From positions 1-55,317 of the IMG/VR virus record IMGVR_UViG_3300021510_000001: DNA of 55,317 bases, one strand, 5' to 3'. A program made the translations under genes and the position numbers. Under the pieces are notes generated by a model. It made no database searches and was not told where the DNA came from. It worked only from the letters and a program-made list of their open reading frames with translations. Shown one piece after another: positions 26,936 through 34,348 of the stretch (its first letter is position 1; every line of letters starts with the position of its first letter). Origin of the DNA: a virus. Taxonomy: Duplodnaviria; Caudoviricetes.

Positions 26936-29418
26936 GTGGCGGCCCGGGCCCGCTGCATCCAGTCGAACAGGCTGGCCGGTGAGTCCGTGTCGCCGTCGTC
27001 GCCGGTCTCGGGGTCGCTCAGCGTGCCGTCGGGTTGCAGTTGCCAATCGATGTCGGATGCGATGCCCTCGTCGTAGATCTCCTCGGTGTCCCCGTCGTCG
27101 CCCGGCGCGATGTCCCCGTCCGCCTCGGCGATTGGCGCCACGCTGTCCGACATCGCCGCGAAATCGTCCAGGTGGCGCAACACCTCATCGTCGTCCATCT
27201 CCGCATACGCCGGTCGGGCCTTCTCCTCGGTGGCCGGTTGCGGCACCTCGTCGGGCAGATCGAGCTGCCAGGCCGGGTAGTCGGCGCGCCAGCCGCCGGG
27301 CGCCTCGGCGTCGACCACCCACAACGGCCCGCCCTTGTGCTCCTGGCCGGGCGCCACGCCCAACGCGCTGCGGTGGTAGATGTTGCAGTTGGCCACCCAG
27401 ATATGATCAGCCAGCGCGAAGGTGTGCGTACCGGGCACATCGACGCAGAACACCTCCTCGACCTCGCTGTGATCTTTCACTGATTCAACGGTCCAGCGCA
27501 TCCGACTGCGCGCCACAGGTGCCGCCTCGAACCGCCGTCGATGCTCCGGGATGAGCAACGCTTGCGCAGGAAATCCGCTGCGATCAAAGGTGATCCGATA
27601 CATCGGTCGGACCATGCCGTTCAATGGCGAGTCGTAGGGCAATGATACGGTCCGCATGTCCTCTCGTACGGCAAAAGTAGCGATTCCCAGTCGCAGTGCG
27701 AGATCGCGTACGAAGACCATCGTGTCGCGATCGTGGCAATCCAAGAACACGCTACCCACTTTGTTCACCGTGCCGTCGGCGGCCAGGTAGCCGGCCAGCC
27801 AGCCCAGCAGGTACGCCGTGCCTTCATCTGCCAGGGGATACTGCTTCCACGATCCGGGCAAACCGGATACCCGTACCCCCAGTGTGCCGTTGATGTTCTT
27901 AATCGGTGAGGAGGTGCAGCCAGCGAAATAGGGCAACAACGCAGCATCTTTGCTCCCCCATAGGTCTAGTCGCGCGCCACGGCCGACTTCGCGGTGACCG
28001 TCGCCGAAAGTGATGCCGGCCGCAATGCCGAATGGTGACGGGCGCAGATCCCGCAGCGTGTTATGCGGAGTCAGTGCAGCCAAGGCCATGCCGGGTCGAA
28101 GTTGATCGGTAGTGACCTCGACGATGCGATGACGAGCGGTTGAGCGGTTGTTGAGCGAGGCGAACCACCGGTGATTCGGCGTGACTCGGACGACCTTGCG
28201 CAACTTGTTGCGGCGCAACGTCACTGATAACACTCGGTGTTCGCCGAAAGATCGCACGGGCGCCTGTGTCCACCGACCATTGCGGCGGTATCCACCTTCG
28301 GATGAAAACTCCGAAGTCAGCACTAGCACGTCCGTGTCGACGGCCTCGGCAAAGGTGGTCACGCCGCTACGGGTGAGAAATTCGGTATCACCGGTGAAGC
28401 ACAGCCCCTCGGCCCGCGCGCCGACCTTGCCGCGCAGATGCTTGACGCACCGCTTGAAGTCGCCGGGGGCGCCCCACTTGATCTTCGTCGCGCCCTCGCC
28501 GCGGGTCCAGTACGCGCGCAGCCGGGCCGCGCCGGGATCCGGGCTCGGATAGGTGTGTCCGGGCGGGCCGGCCTTCAACTCCAGGACGTCGGCCTCCAGC
28601 AGGCTGGCCAGACCGAGCAGCACCCCGGCGGTGAAGTCGTCGGCGGTGTGGGGGTTGAGCGACTTGGACTCCGACCAGTCCTTCGGAATCATGTTCAGCA
28701 CCTTGAGCCGGCGGGCGTTGGTCATGATCAACCTGCGGAGCGCGGGCTGCTCCTCCTTCGGGCAGCGGCCATAGGCCTGGATCGCGTTGTGCAGATCACC
28801 GATGGTCTCCATCGGATAGGCGCCGTCCGGCATCGCCCTGCCACCCTTGGCCAGCTCTGTGCGCTTCGCGTCGCTCACCGCGCGCTTGATCTCCACAACC
28901 TGCTCCTGTTCGTCGGGTTCGGCGGCCGGCCGCCCGGTCAGCGCGATGTCGGTGCTGGTCTCGCCGAGGGCCACCCGCACGGCGTCGAAGGTGACCGGGC
29001 CGGTGTAGTCGAGGTCGGCGGCGACGAGCCCGTAGCCGGCGGTGACGTGCGGGATGTAGGGCGCGTGCTGCCCGTCGCTGAAGTCGCTGAACATGGTGCG
29101 CAGTCCGTCGATCAAGTCAGAATCGCCGATCAGGTAGACCGCGCACGGCGTGCGCCCGGCGTTGCCGTCGGGGTTGAACGTGGCGTGCGCGAACGCCCGG
29201 CCGGTGACCGGCTCGATCAGTCCGGCCGCCGTGATGGCCGTCGTCAGTAACGCCAGTCGCCGCTCATCCGGCATGTCCACCGCATCGTCGCCCAGATACG
29301 TCAGCGTCAGGTGCAGATCCTCCGGCGGTTCGGCCGAGTCGGCGGCCAGCGCCAGCGCGGCCCGGGACCGCTCATCGGGCACCAGGGCGACCATGCCGGC
29401 CCGCAGCTCCTCAGCCAT
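26932..29418 (-). CDS. Head-module multidomain protein: 2H phosphoesterase, DUF6582-like domain, conserved Cys/His domain interrupted by an intein
   Basis: DLHLTL and PHVTAG HxT motifs; AMPDGAYPM..DLHNAIQAYGR; RLRAYW..WGAPGDFKRC..GLC|NIYH. Confidence 0.8.
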   Translation of the reverse strand: MAEELRAGMVALVPDERSRAALALAADSAEPPEDLHLTLTYLGDDAVDMPDERRLALLTTAITAAGLIEPVTGRAFAHATFNPDGNAGRTPCAVYLIGDSDLIDGLRTMFSDFSDGQHAPYIPHVTAGYGLVAADLDYTGPVTFDAVRVALGETSTDIALTGRPAAEPDEQEQVVEIKRAVSDAKRTELAKGGRAMPDGAYPMETIGDLHNAIQAYGRCPKEEQPALRRLIMTNARRLKVLNMIPKDWSESKSLNPHTADDFTAGVLLGLASLLEADVLELKAGPPGHTYPSPDPGAARLRAYWTRGEGATKIKWGAPGDFKRCVKHLRGKVGARAEGLCFTGDTEFLTRSGVTTFAEAVDTDVLVLTSEFSSEGGYRRNGRWTQAPVRSFGEHRVLSVTLRRNKLRKVVRVTPNHRWFASLNNRSTARHRIVEVTTDQLRPGMALAALTPHNTLRDLRPSPFGIAAGITFGDGHREVGRGARLDLWGSKDAALLPYFAGCTSSPIKNINGTLGVRVSGLPGSWKQYPLADEGTAYLLGWLAGYLAADGTVNKVGSVFLDCHDRDTMVFVRDLALRLGIATFAVREDMRTVSLPYDSPLNGMVRPMYRITFDRSGFPAQALLIPEHRRRFEAAPVARSRMRWTVESVKDHSEVEEVFCVDVPGTHTFALADHIWVANCNIYHRSALGVAPGQEHKGGPLWVVDAEAPGGWRADYPAWQLDLPDEVPQPATEEKARPAYAEMDDDEVLRHLDDFAAMSDSVAPIAEADGDIAPGDDGDTEEIYDEGIASDIDWQLQPDGTLSDPETGDDGDTDSPASLFDWMQRARAAT
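27388..28401 (-). mobile_element. Intein (338 aa) with LAGLIDADG homing endonuclease
   Basis: Block A CFTGDTEFLT, block B VTPNHRWF, AAGITFGDG and WLAGYLAADG, block F/G VFCVDVPGTHTFALADHIWVAN followed by Cys; lower GC. Confidence 0.93.
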
Positions 29419-29537
29419 GGCGCTCATCGTCGCAGCGGCGCACCGGCGCACCGGGCGCGACGCGCGGAAGCTCGACATGTCGGAGTGGCCGCACGCCGCG
29501 TGGCAGGCTTCCCTACGGACGTGGGGAGGCTGCGCCG

Positions 29538-31358
29538 ATGGCCGTACCGGACGTGTTGGACACCGTGACCGTGCGCGGCGCGTGGATCTCCCCGCTGGGT
29601 GGTGGTCCGCTGATCGGCCAGGCCTACCTGTCCGCGGTCGGCGCCATCCGCTCGCCGGTGGGCAACGTCATCCTGACCACCCAGCCGGATCTGAAGATCC
29701 TGGCCAACGGCGCCGCCGAGTGGACCGACGTGGTGCTCAGTGACTCCGCCGGGCTCGCCGCCCCGGTTGGCTACCACGTGCACGCCCACAGCGACGACAA
29801 CACCTTCCGGCACGACCGGCTGGTCGAACTGACCGCGGCCATGGTGGTCGACGGGGTGATTCGACTCGAAGATGTGCCGGACGCCGAGCCGGGTCCGGTC
29901 GTGGCGACCTACCTGCTGGCCTCCTCGCTCGGCCACGTCGGCGGTCCGGCCGGGCCGCTCGGTTCCGACGGCCTGATCCCAACCGGGCAACTGCCGGCCG
30001 CGGGTGGCTCGCAGCCGGCGGATCCGGACCTGAGTGCGATCGCCGCCCTGGTCGCCGCCAACGGGGATGTGATCCAGCGTTTCGGCGGGGTCTGGACCAA
30101 TCGGACGCCGGCCCAGCTCAAAGCCAGCCTGGCGCTGGTCATCGCGGACACTGCCGGGCTACAAGGCGCGCTGGACACGTTGACCGCGGCCACCGGCGCC
30201 GCGCAGGCCAGCGCCGACGCCAAGATCGCCGCCACACTGGTGGACGCCAAGGGCGATCTGATCGTCGCCACGGCGGCCGACACGGTGACCCGGCTGGCCG
30301 CCGGTGCCGACGGCCAGCTCCTGCGCGCCGACAGCGCCCAGGCCGCCGGGCTGCGCTGGGCGGTGATCACCATCGGCGACGTCACGGCGCTGCAAGCCGC
30401 GCTGGACGGCAAGGAGGTCGCCGGTGCGGCGGCTGGCGCCGTGACGGCGCATGTCGGCGCCGGGGATCCGCACAGCCAGTACCTCACCGCCGCCGAGGGC
30501 AACGCGGCCTACCAGCCGCTGGATGCCGACCTCGGCACGATCGCCGCGCTGGCGCCGGGCAACGGGGCGCTGATTCAGCGAATCGCCGGGGTGTGGGCCG
30601 CGCAGACCACCGCGCAGGTGAAGGCCAGTCTGGCGATCGCGTATGCGGACATCGCCGGGACGGTGCCCACCGCGGCGCTGCCACCGTTGGCGATCAACGA
30701 GGTTTTCCTGGTCGATGACCAGGCCGCGATGCTGGCGTTGACCGCGCAACGCGGGGACATGGCCATCCGCGCCGACGACGGCCGCACCTACGTGCTGGCC
30801 TCCGACTCGCCGGCCACCCTGGCCGACTGGAAAGAGGTGCTGGCCGCCGGGCAGGTCCAGTCGGTGGCCGGCCGTAGCGGTGTCGTCGTCCTGGTCAAGG
30901 CTGACGTGGGCTTGGGCCTGGTCGACAACACCAGCGACGCCGGCAAGCCGATCAGCACCGCCACCCAGGCCGCCCTGGACGCGAAGGCGCCAGTGGCGTC
31001 GCCGACGTTCATCGGGACGACGACCACGCCTCGATTGATCACCCCGCCGGTGAACTTGGTGGACGCCGCCACGATCGCCACCGACGCCAGTAGCGGCAAC
31101 TACTTCCGGGTAACGCTGGCCGGCAACCGCACGCTCGGCAACCCGAGCAACGGCATCGACGGGCAGCGGGTCATCTGGGAGTTGACCCAGGACGGCACCG
31201 GCGGCCGCACGCTCACCCTCGACACCGCGTTCGCGCTCGGCGTCGACCTCTCGGCGGTGGTGCTCTCCACCGCGGCCGGCAAGCGGGATCTGCTCGGCGG
31301 GCTCTTCCACGCGGGCACCGCGACGTGGCTCGTGATCGCGCTGGCCCGGGGCTACTGA
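29538..31358 (+). CDS. Fibre-like protein on the opposite strand, paralogous to the 5922-6884 protein
   Basis: DAKGDLIVATAADT, HVGAGDPHSQY, AAMLALTAQRGDMAIRAD, LGLVDNTSDAGKPISTATQAALDAKA fibre repeats. Confidence 0.75.
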   Translation: MAVPDVLDTVTVRGAWISPLGGGPLIGQAYLSAVGAIRSPVGNVILTTQPDLKILANGAAEWTDVVLSDSAGLAAPVGYHVHAHSDDNTFRHDRLVELTAAMVVDGVIRLEDVPDAEPGPVVATYLLASSLGHVGGPAGPLGSDGLIPTGQLPAAGGSQPADPDLSAIAALVAANGDVIQRFGGVWTNRTPAQLKASLALVIADTAGLQGALDTLTAATGAAQASADAKIAATLVDAKGDLIVATAADTVTRLAAGADGQLLRADSAQAAGLRWAVITIGDVTALQAALDGKEVAGAAAGAVTAHVGAGDPHSQYLTAAEGNAAYQPLDADLGTIAALAPGNGALIQRIAGVWAAQTTAQVKASLAIAYADIAGTVPTAALPPLAINEVFLVDDQAAMLALTAQRGDMAIRADDGRTYVLASDSPATLADWKEVLAAGQVQSVAGRSGVVVLVKADVGLGLVDNTSDAGKPISTATQAALDAKAPVASPTFIGTTTTPRLITPPVNLVDAATIATDASSGNYFRVTLAGNRTLGNPSNGIDGQRVIWELTQDGTGGRTLTLDTAFALGVDLSAVVLSTAAGKRDLLGGLFHAGTATWLVIALARGY

Positions 31359-32053
31359 TGGCGGCCCGGTTCCTCGACAACAACGATCGGGTCCGCTACC
31401 AGGGCGCCGGCCTGCCCGATCTGGGGTCCGGGGCCACCCTCACCATGTGGATCAAGCTGGGCGCCTCCACCGGCACCTTCGCGACGTTCGCGCGACTCTC
31501 CGCATCCGACGCCACCTCGGCGACGCTGGCCACCACCTCCACCGGCACCGGCGGGCCCACCTACGCCACGGCGGGCGGCGTGCTGACCGCCACGGCCGGC
31601 ATGACGACGGTGTCGTGGTACCGCTACGCCATGACGCGCCTGGGCGGCACCGGCAACCTCTACACCGCCGAGGGCCTGGCCGGCGCCACCGAGTTGATCA
31701 GCGGGGCGGTCAGCGGCGCCGACGACCCGGATCAGATTTGCTTCGGCGGCCGCTCGGCAAGCGACGGCAGCGAGGCACTCAACGGCCTCATCGCCTATCC
31801 GAAACTGTGGGGGACGGTGCTCGACCAGGACACCATCGAAGCCGAGTGGCTCTCCACCGTGCCGGTGATCGGCGCCAGTCTGGCCGGGTACTGGCCGCTG
31901 GTCACCAAGGATGACCTGACCGACCATTCCGGAAACGGCCTGCACTTGAGCCTGGTGGGCGGCGGAAACGCGCCCGGCCCGGATGAGGACGGCCCGCCGA
32001 TCTCACCCCCGGCGAGCACCGACACCAGCCGCTTCCTGGCGTTCTTCCCCTAG
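31358..32053 (+). CDS. LamG/concanavalin-A-like lectin domain protein
   Basis: TLTMWIK..WYRYAM..LNGLIAYPKLW..LAGYWPL..DHSGNGLHL; TGATG coupling. Confidence 0.75.
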   Translation: MAARFLDNNDRVRYQGAGLPDLGSGATLTMWIKLGASTGTFATFARLSASDATSATLATTSTGTGGPTYATAGGVLTATAGMTTVSWYRYAMTRLGGTGNLYTAEGLAGATELISGAVSGADDPDQICFGGRSASDGSEALNGLIAYPKLWGTVLDQDTIEAEWLSTVPVIGASLAGYWPLVTKDDLTDHSGNGLHLSLVGGGNAPGPDEDGPPISPPASTDTSRFLAFFP

Positions 32054-32062
32054 TCCGCCGCG

Positions 32063-34348
32063 TTATCGCGCGGCTATCGCCGCCGGCTGGCTCGCCACCC
32101 GCACCGCGGTGACCGTCGGACTGGAGCCGATCACCTCAAGTGCGGTCTGCTCGAGCACCACCGCGCCACCCACCACGGTGACCACGGTGCCGGCCGGGAT
32201 CGCCACGGTGAGTTGCTGGCCGGCCCCGGTGGTGGCGGCCAGACCCAGTAGCACCGGCGCGGCCAGCAGCACCCACTGGCCGACACTGGCGGTGGGCGGC
32301 CCGGTCAGGCTCCGGTAGCCGATCACCGGCTGCGGGATCGCCACCCGATAGGCCGGCCCGGGCAGGTCCACCCCGGCCGGCACCTCCACCACCTCGGCGC
32401 GCCGGGCCGCGCGCAACAACGCCTTCGCCGCGGCCTGGTCGCCCGCGCGCCGCAACGCTGCCTGGGTGAGCTGGGCGGCATCGATGCGGGCTGGATCCGG
32501 CTTGCCTAAAAGGAGCCCACACCGGCAATTTTTTGTTAGAATACTGTTCGCTAAAAACGTACCCGACGTGGTTTGGAGTGTGTAGACGTGGCCCGCAAAG
32601 CTCGATCGTTCAATCTTGCCTACGCGGTCGAGTTGTACAACTCCGGCAAAACATTGCGTGAGGTTGGCTCCATTCTCGGAGTTAGCGGAGTCACTGTTCT
32701 TGATAAGTTCACCCTGTTCGGCATTCCGCGTCGACCGCGTGGGGGCGGTGAGCTGACCCCACTTCGCCAACCGCTTGACAGCGCCGAAATTGTTCGGCGC
32801 TACTGCGACGGGGAGAGCGAACTGTCGTTGGCGCGATCCTTCAAAGTTGACAGGTCGACCATTCGGACCAGGCTTCGCCGTGCTGGGATTGAGTCCCGTG
32901 GCCGCAGCGATGCCAACACCCTGCGCTGGCAGCGTCTCGATGAAGCTGGTCGTAGGGCTCTCGTGGAGGCCGCTCACGTTGCCGTTCGCGGGCGAGTTGT
33001 CAGCAACGCTGAGCGAGCGAAAACTGCCCGGTCCCGCGAGGTTCTGACATGCTTCACCTCCCCCTGGGAGGTGGTACTGGCGGATCTCCTCATGGAACGC
33101 GGCGTGGCGTCCCATCCGCAAAGGGCTGTTGATCGCTACAACATCGACCTGGCCTGCTGGCCGATCGCCGTGGAAGTTCACCGCAATGTCGGGCATCCGC
33201 TGAATCGGCGCATCGCGCGTCAGCGTGTCGTGGACTTGCTCAATCAAGGTTGGCGAACCTTGTACGTCTGGATCAATCCCCGAACCGATATTCTCACCGA
33301 GTGGTGCGCAGACCAGGTGGTCAAGCTCATTCAGATCGCCCAGGCCGACCCAGCCGCGCTGAGTGAATACTGGGTGATTCGGGGTACCGGTGAGGACGCG
33401 TCCCTGCGCGGTTCGAATAGTGACGATCTCGCCGACGTACGGCGCCCGGAATGACCCCTCAACGTCGGATGCGGAGATCTCAGTTCCCGCGACGAAACAG
33501 TTGGCAACCTCTGGCCAGCTTTCCGGCAGGTCGGTGGGGTCACCCGGGAAGCGCAGCGCGAACATCCCGACCCGGAACCGGTCATCCAGCAGCCGCACCT
33601 GCCCGTCGGCTTTGCGGTGCGTCGAGCGCACCGCAGGGTCGCGTTTGGACAGCCACTGGGCATGCGTGACGCCCAGCATCCGGGCCTGCGCGACCGCGAC
33701 GTCGTGCCGTAGCGCGGTGCCGATGGTGCGCCCAGCCATGAGTAGCCGGCTACGCCCGGCCGCATAGGCGGCGTCGATGCGCTCGAGCAGCCCTTCCAGC
33801 GAGCCGGCGTCGAGGTCGGCGGCCGCGATCCGCTCCCGAATGACCTGCGCGTAGCGCTGGGCCACCCCGGTCAGCATGGCCAGCGCCGCATCCACCGCCC
33901 GACGTAGCTCCGCGGCGTCCACGGTGAACGGCTCGGCGCCACGGCCATCCGGCGCCCCGAGTCGCTTGGCGACCTCGGCGGCGGTGCGGGCGGCGGTGCG
34001 CTCGAACACCGGCCGCACCGCCGCCTCGATCTCCTCGACCAGCTTGGCCGGCACCACGTAATCGGTGTCGACCGGCCGCGGGGTCGCACCGGTGGCCGCA
34101 CCCACCCACCAGCGGGTGCCCTTGCGTGCGGTCGGCCCACGCATCCGCGAGAGCGTCACCCCGAGCATGCGATCCAGGTAGGCGGCCACGGCCAGCCCCA
34201 TGGCGTGGTCGGTGTCCTCGGCCTGCTGTTCGGCCAGGGCGGCGATCTGGTCACGGATCGGGCCGTGCGGCGGGTCCGGACTGGCCTCCACCACGGTGAC
34301 CGCCGCGCCGGCTAGCGGCGGCAGCTCATCGCCAGACGCTGGCTCCAT
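32063..34348 (-). CDS. MuF-like head morphogenesis / minor capsid protein, intein-containing
   Basis: QWLSKRDPAVRSTHRKADGQ..FRVG..LRFPGDP..EVAN|CRC MuF motif; overlaps the portal 3' end; start MEPASG. Confidence 0.85.
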   Translation of the reverse strand: MEPASGDELPPLAGAAVTVVEASPDPPHGPIRDQIAALAEQQAEDTDHAMGLAVAAYLDRMLGVTLSRMRGPTARKGTRWWVGAATGATPRPVDTDYVVPAKLVEEIEAAVRPVFERTAARTAAEVAKRLGAPDGRGAEPFTVDAAELRRAVDAALAMLTGVAQRYAQVIRERIAAADLDAGSLEGLLERIDAAYAAGRSRLLMAGRTIGTALRHDVAVAQARMLGVTHAQWLSKRDPAVRSTHRKADGQVRLLDDRFRVGMFALRFPGDPTDLPESWPEVANCFVAGTEISASDVEGSFRAPYVGEIVTIRTAQGRVLTGTPNHPVFTQRGWVGLGDLNELDHLVCAPLGENIGSGIDPDVQGSPTLIEQVHDTLTRDAPIQRMPDIAVNFHGDRPAGQVDVVAINSPLRMGRHAAFHEEIRQYHLPGGGEACQNLAGPGSFRSLSVADNSPANGNVSGLHESPTTSFIETLPAQGVGIAAATGLNPSTAKPGPNGRPVNFEGSRQRQFALPVAVAPNNFGAVKRLAKWGQLTAPTRSTRNAEQGELIKNSDSANSENGANLTQCFAGVVQLDRVGKIERSSFAGHVYTLQTTSGTFLANSILTKNCRCGLLLGKPDPARIDAAQLTQAALRRAGDQAAAKALLRAARRAEVVEVPAGVDLPGPAYRVAIPQPVIGYRSLTGPPTASVGQWVLLAAPVLLGLAATTGAGQQLTVAIPAGTVVTVVGGAVVLEQTALEVIGSSPTVTAVRVASQPAAIAAR
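32534..32542 (+). promoter_or_regulatory. Candidate extended -10 promoter (TGtTAGAAT) for the antisense endonuclease
   Basis: Formed by AT-rich intein C-terminal codons, ~45 nt upstream of GTG 32588; RBS GGAG at 32575-32578. Confidence 0.5.
32588..33454 (+). CDS. Antisense-encoded HTH-HTH-Vsr/DUF559-like (PD-(D/E)xK) endonuclease nested in the intein
   Basis: HTHs YNSGKTLREVGSILGVS and YCDGESELSLARSFKVDRSTIRTRL; nuclease TSPWE..LMERG..QRAVDRYNIDLA..IAVEV..H..LLNQGWRTLYVW; alternative start TTG 32573. Confidence 0.8.
   Translation: MARKARSFNLAYAVELYNSGKTLREVGSILGVSGVTVLDKFTLFGIPRRPRGGGELTPLRQPLDSAEIVRRYCDGESELSLARSFKVDRSTIRTRLRRAGIESRGRSDANTLRWQRLDEAGRRALVEAAHVAVRGRVVSNAERAKTARSREVLTCFTSPWEVVLADLLMERGVASHPQRAVDRYNIDLACWPIAVEVHRNVGHPLNRRIARQRVVDLLNQGWRTLYVWINPRTDILTEWCADQVVKLIQIAQADPAALSEYWVIRGTGEDASLRGSNSDDLADVRRPE

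Larger units (their letters stand above)
32528..33499 (-). mobile_element. Intein (324 aa) in MuF with no in-frame endonuclease motifs
   Basis: Block A CFVAGTEI, block B LTGTPNHPVFTQRGW, block F/G HVYTLQTTSGTFLANSILTKN followed by Cys; splicing restores EVAN-CRC. Confidence 0.92.
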
